Assembly (NCBI GenBank): GCA_018304425.1
Contig: JAGVWE010000003.1
Coordinates: forward strand, 1-64,000
Source of the DNA: Candidatus Iainarchaeum sp.
Lineage (GTDB): Archaea; Iainarchaeota; Iainarchaeia; Iainarchaeales; UBA10219
DNA: 64,000 bases
Direction of reading: 5' to 3'
Part shown: positions 37,091-46,313 of the stretch, piece by piece
Layout: each line of letters starts with the position of its first letter
Numbering within the stretch: the first letter of the stretch is position 1
Program-made: the position numbers and the translations under genes
Notes under the pieces: generated by a model
Database searches by the model: none
What the model was told of the DNA's origin: nothing
The model's input: the letters and a program-made list of their open reading frames with translations, nothing else

Positions 37091-39286
37091 TCATTTCCGC
37101 AGCTTCAAGTCGAAGACCAGGCAGTCCACCTTCTTGGTTTTCTTCCCGAAGTAGAATACCATGGACTTCCGCAGGTTCCGGTAGAGCCGGAAACCCATGT
37201 TCTTGCAGATGGCAATGCCTTCCGGGTTGTTCCCTTCAAAGCCCAGGGTGACCTTCTTGATTCCCTGTTTCCTCGCGAAACCAATGGCTTCCCGCAGCAG
37301 GGCGGTCGCAATGCCCTTGCCCCTGAACTCTGGCAGCGTGGCAGTGGAGGGGATGAACAGGATGGGGCCATCTGGGACATGGGTCTGCCGCGGGTTGTCC
37401 GTAACGCAGTAGCCGTGCCGCTTCGTCCAGCGCTCGGTCAGGCAGTACCCGATGACCTGGTTGTTGACTTCGGCCGCAAAACAGCCGGCGGGGTGCAGTT
37501 CGAGCCTGGCCGCGTAATGGGACCTGGGGTCGCAGATTCCGCGGTTGAAAGCCTTTCGCTGTATTTCCACGATGCGGTCCAGGTCCCCTGATTTCGCCTT
37601 CCGGATCCTGAACGAGGCAAAGTACTGGCGGACCAGGACGCGCACGATGTTGGACTTGAAGGAATCCCGCTCGGTTCTCGCCACCCGCCCAGCCGCCGCG
37701 GGGATGTGTCCGCCGGCGGAGCCCAGCTCCAGGCCCTGCACGGCTTCCTCCAGCAGGTCGTTGACCTTCACCTTGAAGTCCTGCCGCCGCCCCGAAAAGC
37801 GGAGCAGCTTGTCGCCCTTGTCCTGGATGAGGATGAGCGTCTGCCGGGGGAACAACTGGGTGCTGAGCTTGTTGACCAAGGCGGACTTTATCTCGTACCC
37901 TGACTTTATTTCGTAGAATATGAGGTCGAGTTCGGGGATGAATTCCGCTTTCTGGCGGACGCCCGAGTAAAGCCGCCCGATCTCGCGCTCGAAGGTCTTC
38001 TTGTACCGCATGAACTGGCTTCGCAGGACTTCCCGCCAGTTCCGCGCGCAATAGAATTCCCTGAACAGCCGGGGGAACTCCTTCGGGGCCAGGGACTCGA
38101 CCGAGGAAATGAGTTCCTTGAGTTCGAGGAGCTTTTCAAGCGGCACCTTGTTCCGGTGGCAGGTGTCCTTGATGAACTTCCGCCAGGTGCGAAGGCCCAT
38201 GTCCGCCAGCACGCCGATGGCCGAAATCCAGTCGGTTTCCCGCACGTCGATGACCTGGTTCATGCAGTCGAAGACGAGTTTGGCGGCCGGGTACTTGCTG
38301 CCATCCAAAGCAGAAAGGTACTGGGCCTTGATGAAGATGACTCTTCCGGATGCCAGGTCCTGGTAGATTTTGTGGTGGTCGAAGACCACGAACTGGATGT
38401 TCTTCGGGGCCTCCTCGATGAGCACGGGGTTGGAGTCGATGCCGATGTCGGAAACAATCACCTTGTTGATGTCGTGCTTGACGAGGAGGGGGATTATCTT
38501 TTCCCGCGTCTCGCGGTCCGAGTAGCCGGAGGGAATCTCCAACTCGGCCGGCCTGCCCCGCAGTTTCTCGATGGCGCGGTTGAGGATGCAGGCCGAGGTC
38601 AGGCCATCCGCGTCCAAGTGGTGGACGAGCGCAATGCGGTCCTCCCGGCGGAGGTGGTACATGAAGGTCGTGAGGCGCCCCAAGAGCTTCCGCGCATCCA
38701 GTTGCTTGGGAATCTTGTCCTTTATCTGGCTGCCCAGCCTCAAATCGAGTTCAAAGACCAGGCCGTCCACGGGCTCCCGGTGCAGGGGCTTGAAAAAACC
38801 GGGCACCGTTTTCTTGAGCTTGAACCGGAATTTCGAGTAAAACCCGTGCGCGCGCTTCTGCGTGCGCCGCGAAACCAGCAAGGCCTTCGAGCAATGGTGC
38901 CTGCGTGCAAGGTCCAGCAAGGCGTGCATGAGCTTGGTTCCAATCCCCTTGGCCTGGTGGTCGGGATGCACGGCCACCACGTGAATGTACATGATTTGGC
39001 CGCTGGAGACATGCCGGCCTCGAATGGGTTGGCCGGCTTCCAGGGGATGCATTTCATCCCAAAACTCGGCGCTGAGGTAACCCAAAATCTGGCCCTCCTC
39101 CTCGTATGCGAGGAAGCCATCCCGAAAGGCTTTAAGGCGCTTCCGGAGGGTTTCGCGGCTGTCGGCGATGCCAGGCGGAAAGATGAGGCGCTCGAGCCCG
39201 GCCAGTTGCTTCAAGTCCGTTTCCCGCGCCCGCCTCACCGGCGATACATAGGCGTATCCCGTTGCATGGTCTTTCAACTGGCTCAC
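37091..39286 (-). CDS. GNAT - DHH/DHHA1 phosphoesterase (RecJ/NrnA-like) - GNAT fusion
   Basis: Two GNAT motif-A segments (VHPDHQAKGIG, LPEFRGKGIA) flank DADG, SD, DHH, AD and SAGGHIPAAAG. Confidence 0.8.
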   Translation of the reverse strand: MSQLKDHATGYAYVSPVRRARETDLKQLAGLERLIFPPGIADSRETLRKRLKAFRDGFLAYEEEGQILGYLSAEFWDEMHPLEAGQPIRGRHVSSGQIMYIHVVAVHPDHQAKGIGTKLMHALLDLARRHHCSKALLVSRRTQKRAHGFYSKFRFKLKKTVPGFFKPLHREPVDGLVFELDLRLGSQIKDKIPKQLDARKLLGRLTTFMYHLRREDRIALVHHLDADGLTSACILNRAIEKLRGRPAELEIPSGYSDRETREKIIPLLVKHDINKVIVSDIGIDSNPVLIEEAPKNIQFVVFDHHKIYQDLASGRVIFIKAQYLSALDGSKYPAAKLVFDCMNQVIDVRETDWISAIGVLADMGLRTWRKFIKDTCHRNKVPLEKLLELKELISSVESLAPKEFPRLFREFYCARNWREVLRSQFMRYKKTFEREIGRLYSGVRQKAEFIPELDLIFYEIKSGYEIKSALVNKLSTQLFPRQTLILIQDKGDKLLRFSGRRQDFKVKVNDLLEEAVQGLELGSAGGHIPAAAGRVARTERDSFKSNIVRVLVRQYFASFRIRKAKSGDLDRIVEIQRKAFNRGICDPRSHYAARLELHPAGCFAAEVNNQVIGYCLTERWTKRHGYCVTDNPRQTHVPDGPILFIPSTATLPEFRGKGIATALLREAIGFARKQGIKKVTLGFEGNNPEGIAICKNMGFRLYRNLRKSMVFYFGKKTKKVDCLVFDLKLRK

Positions 39287-39420
39287 CCCTCGCTCTCCAA
39301 GCCATCCATACTATGGTTTGAACCCCTATATAAACAATGGGTTGATTTCCTTGCCTTGCCCGGCCCAAGAAAACCTTATTAAGCTGAACCCCCATACGTT
39401 AAATCCGGTGGGTGCGGCAA

Positions 39421-39588
39421 ATGGCGTATGAACACCGGAACTCCAGGGGAAAAACCTATTACCTGCACCAGAAGGGCAGGCTATACTACTTCGCATCCAA
39501 GCAGGGGCCCAACGCCATCGACCTTCCCGAAGGCTTCAAAGTCATCGAGAACCCGAAGACCGGGCTGCCCATGCTGAAAGGCAAATGA
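39421..39588 (+). CDS. 55-aa small protein (not in ORF track)
   Basis: MAYEHRNSRGKTYYLH...LYYFASK...IDLPEGFKVIENPKTGLPMLK; TATA-like sequence upstream; host-like codon usage. Confidence 0.75.
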   Translation: MAYEHRNSRGKTYYLHQKGRLYYFASKQGPNAIDLPEGFKVIENPKTGLPMLKGK

Positions 39589-39595
39589 ATTACTT

Positions 39596-40423
39596 CTATT
39601 CGGCGACCTTGGAAGTGCCGAGTTCCCGAATACGCACCTCGCACAGTCTAGCCCAGGACGGCATCAGTTCCCGGATGGTAAATTCGTCCTCGGCCGCTGG
39701 CCGGCCTGCAAGCCGCTTGCCCAATGCCCGGTAACCCGCCATGAGTTGCCTCCTCTGGTTTCGGGTCAAACCGATTTTCTGCACCCACGCGAGTTGCTCC
39801 ACTTCGTAGAGCGCTCCCACCGATGCCGCCAACTCCCGGGCTTCCTTCAGCCTGGCTTCAGCCGCTTCCAGCTCCACCCGAGTCCGTGCAAGCGCCTTGG
39901 ACAGTTTCGATTCGCTCAGGCGCTCGAACAACTTGTGCTTCAGGTTAAACTCCAGGGCCTCCCGTTGAACCTTGTAGGCGTTGATTCGCTTGCGCCATAG
40001 CTCCACGTGATTCAAGAAAAAATCCTTCATGGACTCTGGTGAGGAGCCGATGGTCCAAAAACGGGAGAATTTTCGCCCAAATTCCCTGGCGTTGGCATCC
40101 GTTCCATTGTAGTCCGCCAACAGGCCGTTGGCCCTGCGCCGGAGTTGTTCCCGCGTCTCGCGCCGTTCCCGCCGCCGGCCCATGGCCCGCGCGCGGTACC
40201 GCACGTACTCTTCGTAGCCGGGCTCGAACTCGGAGTAGGCACGCGATTCAAAGGGCTTGGTCCGCAGGTCCTTGTACATGGGCCGCTTGGCCGGGGGAAG
40301 GCCTTGCTCCCGGCGCAACTGATACTGGGCGCGGTAACGGGCCAGCCTCCTGCGCTGCACGAGGCGAAAATAGTTGCCCCGCTCCATCAAGGTGGGCTTC
40401 CGCCTGGGTGCCGGGCTTACCAT
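39596..40423 (-). CDS. Arg-rich coiled-coil orphan protein
   Basis: Starts MVSPAPRRKP; TTTATAAA at 40446-40453. Confidence 0.65.
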   Translation of the reverse strand: MVSPAPRRKPTLMERGNYFRLVQRRRLARYRAQYQLRREQGLPPAKRPMYKDLRTKPFESRAYSEFEPGYEEYVRYRARAMGRRRERRETREQLRRRANGLLADYNGTDANAREFGRKFSRFWTIGSSPESMKDFFLNHVELWRKRINAYKVQREALEFNLKHKLFERLSESKLSKALARTRVELEAAEARLKEARELAASVGALYEVEQLAWVQKIGLTRNQRRQLMAGYRALGKRLAGRPAAEDEFTIRELMPSWARLCEVRIRELGTSKVAE

Positions 40424-40490
40424 AACCGATATACGGCGTTTCCGGTTTATAAACTTGCCTGGCCCCGTTCCTCGTCCATTGGCTGGAAGA

Positions 40491-41099
40491 TTACGCGGTG
40501 CCACTACTGAACTTTTTTATTTCCGAAGTTAGATAACCTTCAAGCAAGGCGAGCAAGCCGTGCGGATAGTCCGATCCACGGAGCCTCCCAGCATTGACTT
40601 CGGCGCGGTGTTGCCTGAATGCATTCAAGGCACGTTGAAAGAGTTCGGCCACGCTTTTTCGTTGTGGGCGAAGAAGCCCAGCTGGATCCAAGCCAGGGCC
40701 CTGTCGGAAATAGTCCAGGTCAGCAAATACCGCCTTCATTTCCCCTGCAAAGGCGGCACTTGCTCTTGCCATCGTTATGCCCTGCCTGGCTGCCTCAATT
40801 TCTGCTGGGGGGCGGCCCTCAAGGGATGCAAGCTGATTAAACAGCTCGGCTTTGGCCACTTCGTGTTCTCCTCTTATGCGCTCCATGTCGAAAAATTCGT
40901 GCCACATCACGGAATGCACGTTCGTTCCCGCTTGCAAAATGCCACTCGCAATGGATCCCGTGAGGTGCCTTGCATTGGCCAAGTCACGTTGAAGCCCGCC
41001 AACCGCACGCCATTTCTCATCAATCAACTGTTGCGTGCGAGGGTTAGCTCTTCTCGGCCTTCCCCTCCTTGGATCCTCAGGCCTCCGCTCTAACGGCAT
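40491..41099 (-). CDS. Helical orphan with Arg/Pro-rich leader (paralogue A)
   Basis: Starts MPLERRPEDPRRGRPRRANPR; aligns with 41151-41771. Confidence 0.7.
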   Translation of the reverse strand: MPLERRPEDPRRGRPRRANPRTQQLIDEKWRAVGGLQRDLANARHLTGSIASGILQAGTNVHSVMWHEFFDMERIRGEHEVAKAELFNQLASLEGRPPAEIEAARQGITMARASAAFAGEMKAVFADLDYFRQGPGLDPAGLLRPQRKSVAELFQRALNAFRQHRAEVNAGRLRGSDYPHGLLALLEGYLTSEIKKFSSGTA

Positions 41100-41128
41100 A
41101 AAAGAATTGCCGCTGACCAATTTAAATA
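41097..41128 (-). promoter_or_regulatory. Duplicated promoter/start region, copy 1
   Basis: CATAAAAGAA-N9-ACCAATTTAAATA on the + strand; 26 of 32 nt identical to 41769-41800. Confidence 0.7.
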
Positions 41129-41150
41129 GTTTCCAGTCGCCGTAATCCGG

Positions 41151-41771
41151 TTAGCCGCCTTCAAATCTTCCAGCCACGACGCTCAAATGTCGCTCTAACA
41201 GCATTCGCACTTCCCGGTCATTGTCTGATTCATGGATGCTTCCGGCCGCGATTTGCCTACGATGCTCGTCTAACAAACTCAGGGCACGCTTTAAAGCCCC
41301 TTGTACCTCGGCTCGTTGCGATGGTGAAAGCTTACTTGGAATCAAGCCAACCTTTGCATCCAAATCAGTTAGTCTAAAGAATATGCCCTTCATTTCCTGT
41401 GCATAGGCAGCCGCTGCCTTGGCCTGGTTAAGAACACTAGCAGCCTCCACCCTTGCCCCTGATCCCATTTGTTTCAAGAGAGTCGCTCTACGAACCAGCT
41501 TTTCTCTTCCAACGTTAAAATCATGCACGACGGAAAGCGTAGCAAAATAATCAGCCCACGGACGAGGGTTGGCAACATCCGCCCAGTTCCATACTTCAGC
41601 CTGTGCCAATTCAAGAGCCACCCGCATGGATTCCATCCTTCGGTTTTGCTCCCCAATGCCTTCCAGGGTTTGTCGATAAAGCTGTGCCCTGCGGGTTGCC
41701 CCCGCCGTTGGTTTCCCTTGACCCCGTCGTTCCTCAGGCCGCCGCCTGTCAACCCGCTTGTCAACCGCCAT
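41151..41771 (-). CDS. Helical orphan with Arg-rich leader (paralogue B)
   Basis: Starts MAVDKRVDRRRPEERRG; AAAAYAQEMKGIF aligns with ASAAFAGEMKAVF in paralogue A. Confidence 0.7.
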   Translation of the reverse strand: MAVDKRVDRRRPEERRGQGKPTAGATRRAQLYRQTLEGIGEQNRRMESMRVALELAQAEVWNWADVANPRPWADYFATLSVVHDFNVGREKLVRRATLLKQMGSGARVEAASVLNQAKAAAAYAQEMKGIFFRLTDLDAKVGLIPSKLSPSQRAEVQGALKRALSLLDEHRRQIAAGSIHESDNDREVRMLLERHLSVVAGRFEGG

Positions 41772-41800
41772 AAAAGAACTATTCCTAACCAATTTAAATA
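41769..41800 (-). promoter_or_regulatory. Duplicated promoter/start region, copy 2; its TATA box could also serve the divergent tldD
   Basis: CATAAAAGAA-N9-ACCAATTTAAATA; TTTAAATA lies about 22 nt from one start and about 24 nt from the other. Confidence 0.7.
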
Positions 41801-41823
41801 TCTTTACTGGCTGTTTAAAAGCA

Positions 41824-43398
41824 ATGCAAGCCAAACTACTGGGCATCGAGGCCTTGGAGCCGGCGAAGGACGTCATTGTCAAGGCCCTCGACGAGGCGAA
41901 GCGCAAGGCCTACCTCGCCTATGCGGATGTGCGCCTGGACTTGGGGGAAGGCAAAGCGGTTTTCGCCTTGCAAGGCAATGCCAAGGGCGCAACGGAAGAC
42001 AATGAAATGAGTTGCGGGGTCCGCGTTTACGTTGAGAAGGGCGGCGTGGCCTCGGCGGGTTTTGTCGGCCGGAGCCTTGGCGAACAGGAACTGAACGGCC
42101 TGGCCCAGGTGCTCAAGGAGATGCACGGCCTGGCCTACAAGCGCGCCAGGGCGAACCAAGCACATAAGCGAGCCCTGGCGAAGAAATACAAGTTTTTCGG
42201 GAAGAGCCTGACCGCGGGAAAGCTGGCCCCGGTCAAGGCCTGCGTGGACACGCTTAAGCCCAGTTTCAAGCGGAACCCACGCGACTACTCCTTCGAGGAA
42301 CTGGTGCGGCGCACCGAGCGCTGCAGCCAACTGGTCCAAAAGCTGCCGGGCATGGCCTCGAACAGCGTTTCCATCGTGACCGGCCTGGGAAGGCAATTGT
42401 TCGCCAGCACGGAGGGCGCGTTCATCGACGACTCCAATGCCCTAACCCAGGGATTCCTCTTCGTGACCGCGAAAGGCAAGGCAGTTGAAACCTTTTACGA
42501 GTGGAACGGCGCCTATGCAGGCCTGGAAGTGCTCGAAGGCGAGAACGGCTTCCGGATGAACTTCGAGGACTTCTGCCAATACATCGCCGAAGGCACCATC
42601 GAGGTCTCGAATGCACCCGCCATGAAGACCACGGAAAAGCCAATGACCGTCATCTGCGACCCGCGCTTCAACGCCCTGGTCTCCCACGAGATCTGCGGCC
42701 ACCCCAGCGAAGCCGACCGCGCCCTGAAACGCGAGGCGGCCTGGGCTGGAAGGGCGTGGTGGTTCAGGGGCATGGACGACAACGAATTCGGGAAACCCGT
42801 GGCCTCGGAACAGGTCAGCGTCTTCTCGGACCCCAGCCTGCAAGGCTATGGCAATTACAAGTACGACGACGAGGGCGTGCCAGCGAAGAAGGTCTACAAC
42901 ATCAAGGAAGGGCGGCTGAACGCGTTCATCAACTCAAGGGAAACGGCCACCATCCTGGGCCAGGAACCCAATGGCGGGATGAGAGCCGCGAGCGCTATGC
43001 AGGTGCCGCTCATCCGCATGAACAACACCTGCCTCGACAAGGGCGACTGGTCGAAGGACGAAATCTTCAAGGACACCCGGGAAGGCTATTACCTGTTCGG
43101 CCAGAAAACGCCTTCCATTGGGGAGACGCGGCAGAACTTCAAGATCACCTGCTGGAAGCTGTACAAGGTCGAGAACGGCGAATTGACGCAGCTCTACCGC
43201 ATGGGCGGGATTACTGCCGACTCGGCGGCCTACCTGAAAAGCATCGACGCCGCTGCGGATGACCTGCACGTGCACAACATCCCCAACTGCGGGAAGGGAA
43301 CCCCCATGCAGAGCATGATGGTCGGGAACGGCGGCCCGCACACGCGGGGAAAGGCCATTGTCACCGGCGCCCACGCCGAGGGAAGGGGCAGCCTATGA
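41824..43398 (+). CDS. tldD: TldD metalloprotease
   Basis: HEICGHPSEAD (HExxGH), YDDEGV, RMNNT and CGKG motifs. Confidence 0.9.
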   Translation: MQAKLLGIEALEPAKDVIVKALDEAKRKAYLAYADVRLDLGEGKAVFALQGNAKGATEDNEMSCGVRVYVEKGGVASAGFVGRSLGEQELNGLAQVLKEMHGLAYKRARANQAHKRALAKKYKFFGKSLTAGKLAPVKACVDTLKPSFKRNPRDYSFEELVRRTERCSQLVQKLPGMASNSVSIVTGLGRQLFASTEGAFIDDSNALTQGFLFVTAKGKAVETFYEWNGAYAGLEVLEGENGFRMNFEDFCQYIAEGTIEVSNAPAMKTTEKPMTVICDPRFNALVSHEICGHPSEADRALKREAAWAGRAWWFRGMDDNEFGKPVASEQVSVFSDPSLQGYGNYKYDDEGVPAKKVYNIKEGRLNAFINSRETATILGQEPNGGMRAASAMQVPLIRMNNTCLDKGDWSKDEIFKDTREGYYLFGQKTPSIGETRQNFKITCWKLYKVENGELTQLYRMGGITADSAAYLKSIDAAADDLHVHNIPNCGKGTPMQSMMVGNGGPHTRGKAIVTGAHAEGRGSL

Positions 43399-44849
43399 GA
43401 ACCGTGAAAGAACTCCGGGACGCGGTAACGGAGGGCCTGCGCTGGGTGGAGAAGCAGCCGCGCGTGAAAGAAGCGGAAGTATACGCTTCGGCGACCTACC
43501 TCAACGTGCAGCGCATCTGTTACGCGACGAATGTTCCCAGCAATGGCCTCGAAGAGCCGAAGTCCGAGGAATCGTATGGCTTGAGCGTGCGCGTGCGGTT
43601 CGAGGACGGGAGACTCGGCTTCGGCAAGGAGGACAGTGCGCTGGACAGGCGGGGCTATGGCAACGCGTTCCTCAAAGCCGAACGCAACGCGGTGCTGGAC
43701 ACGGATTTCCACTCGCTGCCATCACCCCTTCCCGCATCCCTGCGGGGCAAGGCGCGTGCGCCCAGGAACGCGTTCGCGGACAAGGCCATCGCGAACCTCG
43801 ATGATGGGAAAGCCATCGACAAGGCCTATGACTGCCTGGGCGGGGCCTTCGAGGCGCTGGCGCGCGCCGAACGCGACCTCAACATCACGGGCGAATTGAA
43901 TTTCACGGTCGAACGCATGGCGCTGGCGAACTCCAACGGCGTGAAAGCCGAGGAAGAGAACACGCAGGCCCTGGCGGCTTTGACCACCCTCTTGGAAGGC
44001 AAGCCGGACATCGCCGGCATGGACTTCGACTCCAACACCCACTTGAAGGCCTTGAACGCCCGCAAAACCGGGTTTTCTTCGGCGGAGAAGGCCTTGGCCA
44101 TGCGGGGGGCCAAGAGCATCGAGTCCGGTTCCTACCGGGCGGTGCTGGGACGGCTCGCGGTAACCGACCTGCTGCACAGCCGCTTCGAGGTGGGCTTGAA
44201 CGCGGTGGACGAGCAAGCAACTCCCTTCGTCGGGAAGCTGGGCCGGAAACTCTTCTCCACGCAACTCAACCTCTCGGACGATGCTTTGGTCTCCGGGGCC
44301 ATCGGCTCCCGTGGTTACACGGACGAGGGCTTCGCGGCAGGAAAGACCTTGTTGGTAAAGGACGGGGTGCTGGAGAATTTCCTGTCAAACGACTACTATT
44401 GCAAGAAGTTCCCCGACGAGAAAAGGTACAACCCCTTGAACGGCTACCGCAGGGGCCGCAACTACGCCTCCGACCCGGGCATCCACGGCACCAACTTGGT
44501 GGTCGAACCAGGCAGCTTCTCGGACGAGGAACTCATCCGCGAAGTCAGGAACGGCATCTACATCGGCCGCATCTGGTACACCTATCCGGTGAACGGCCTG
44601 GCGTCCAGTGATTTCACGACCACCATCCGGGGAGACTCTTACCTCATCGAGGACGGCGAAATCAAGTCGGCTTTGACGCCCAACACCTGCCGGGTCTCGG
44701 ACAACTTCGAGCGCGTGTTCAAGGGCGTGCTCGGCCTCGGCCGAAAACAACGGGTCACCTTCGCCTGGGGCCAGGAACCCGTCGTCATCACGCCCGAAAC
44801 CGCGGTGGAAAGCGTGAAAGTGGAACGCATCGCCAAAGGGCTGTATTAG
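43395..44849 (+). CDS. pmbA: PmbA/TldE partner subunit
   Basis: Follows tldD; ANSNG, DEG, DGVL and TNLVVEPG motifs; no HExxH. Confidence 0.85.
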   Translation: MRTVKELRDAVTEGLRWVEKQPRVKEAEVYASATYLNVQRICYATNVPSNGLEEPKSEESYGLSVRVRFEDGRLGFGKEDSALDRRGYGNAFLKAERNAVLDTDFHSLPSPLPASLRGKARAPRNAFADKAIANLDDGKAIDKAYDCLGGAFEALARAERDLNITGELNFTVERMALANSNGVKAEEENTQALAALTTLLEGKPDIAGMDFDSNTHLKALNARKTGFSSAEKALAMRGAKSIESGSYRAVLGRLAVTDLLHSRFEVGLNAVDEQATPFVGKLGRKLFSTQLNLSDDALVSGAIGSRGYTDEGFAAGKTLLVKDGVLENFLSNDYYCKKFPDEKRYNPLNGYRRGRNYASDPGIHGTNLVVEPGSFSDEELIREVRNGIYIGRIWYTYPVNGLASSDFTTTIRGDSYLIEDGEIKSALTPNTCRVSDNFERVFKGVLGLGRKQRVTFAWGQEPVVITPETAVESVKVERIAKGLY

Positions 44850-44931
44850 GCCTTTGCCTGCGGCAAAAGGCGTTTTCCGCGCCGGACGCCGTGGTAGGCC
44901 TTTTAAAGGCTTGGCAGGAAAAGTGGGTACA

Positions 44932-45789
44932 ATGGTGTCTGCCTTGCTGACCGACCAAATGCAGAAAAAGCTCTTGCAGATTCTCAACGAGGACATCGGC
45001 TCGGGCGACATCACGGCCGCCCTGGTGCCCCGGAAAAAGTGCCGGGCCACGATTGCCGCGGGCGAGCAAGCCCGGGTCGCTGGCCTCGAGGAAGTGGCTT
45101 ACTTGTTCGAGCAGGCAAAGGTTTCGGCCAAACTCCACGTCAACGACGGTGACCTGGTGGAAAAGGGCCAGATCGTCTTGGAAGCCGAGGGCGTCAACCA
45201 GAACGTGCTGGCCGTCGAGCGCACCGCGTTGAACATCCTGGGCCGGATGTCGGGCGTGGCCACGAAATGCTGGCAGGCCGTGCAGGCCGCGAAAAACCCG
45301 GACATGAAAATCCTGTTAACCCGCAAGACCATGCCGGGCTTCAACGAATTCGACAAGAAGGCGTGCGCCTTCGGCGGGGTGGGACCGCACCGCATGAACC
45401 TCTCGGACATGGTGCTGGTCAAGGAAAACCACCTGGCCTTCTTTGAGACCCTGCCCGCGGCCTTGTTCCGCGCCAAGAAGTCCAAGTACCAGGGCCCCAT
45501 CGAAATCGAGGTGCAAAACCTCCAGCAGGCCGTGCAAGCCATGCGGACCGGCATCGTGGACGTCGTCCTGCTGGACAACTTTTCCGTGGAGGACGCCAGG
45601 AAAGCCATTCCCTTGCTGAAGAAAATGGGCGAAGTCAAAATCGAGTTGAGCGGCGGCATCACCCTGGCCAACCTGCGGGAGTACGCCAAGCTCGACCCGG
45701 ACTTCCTCTCCATGGGCGAGCTCACGAAGGACGCAAAGACCGTGGACTTTTCCCTGGACATCGTGGAAGTCTTGGAGGGAGAGGCATGA
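44932..45789 (+). CDS. nadC: Quinolinate phosphoribosyltransferase
   Basis: EDIGSGDIT, ERTALN, TRKTMPG, HRMNLSD, KENH, LLDNF and SGGIT motifs. Confidence 0.95.
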   Translation: MVSALLTDQMQKKLLQILNEDIGSGDITAALVPRKKCRATIAAGEQARVAGLEEVAYLFEQAKVSAKLHVNDGDLVEKGQIVLEAEGVNQNVLAVERTALNILGRMSGVATKCWQAVQAAKNPDMKILLTRKTMPGFNEFDKKACAFGGVGPHRMNLSDMVLVKENHLAFFETLPAALFRAKKSKYQGPIEIEVQNLQQAVQAMRTGIVDVVLLDNFSVEDARKAIPLLKKMGEVKIELSGGITLANLREYAKLDPDFLSMGELTKDAKTVDFSLDIVEVLEGEA

Positions 45790-46301
45790 GGGGCCTGGTA
45801 GTGGGGAGGTTCCAGCCCTATCATTCCGGGCACCACCAGGCCATCAAGAACATCCTGGGGGAAGTCGACGAGCTGGTCATCGTCATCGGCTCCACGCAGA
45901 AGAGCTATGAGCGGGAGAACCCGTTCACGGCCGGGGAACGGATTGAGATGATTTCCGAGGCCCTGAAAAAAGACAAGCTGTTCGGCGCCTGCTTCCTCGT
46001 GCCCATCGCGGACGTGGGCGAGAACGCGGTGTGGACGAAAAAGGTGAGGAGCCACTGCCCCAGGTTCGACGTCGTGTACTCGAACAACCCCCTGGTCAAG
46101 CAGTTGTTTGAAGGCGAGGGCATCCAGTCCAAGCCCATGGTCTCCAAGCTGAAGGACATCGACTCCACCCAGGTGCGGAAGCTCATGCTCTCCAACGGCG
46201 AATGGCGGAAGCTGCTGCCCAAGCCGGTCGTGGACTACCTGTCCTCCATCAAGGCAGTGGAGCGGATGAAAGCCATCGCCAAGAACGAGGAAAAGTTCTA
46301 G
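45786..46301 (+). CDS. nadM: Archaeal NMN/NaMN adenylyltransferase
   Basis: GRFQPYHSGH, NPFTAGER and STQVR motifs. Confidence 0.92.
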   Translation: MRGLVVGRFQPYHSGHHQAIKNILGEVDELVIVIGSTQKSYERENPFTAGERIEMISEALKKDKLFGACFLVPIADVGENAVWTKKVRSHCPRFDVVYSNNPLVKQLFEGEGIQSKPMVSKLKDIDSTQVRKLMLSNGEWRKLLPKPVVDYLSSIKAVERMKAIAKNEEKF

Positions 46302-46313
46302 CCTGGGACCCGC

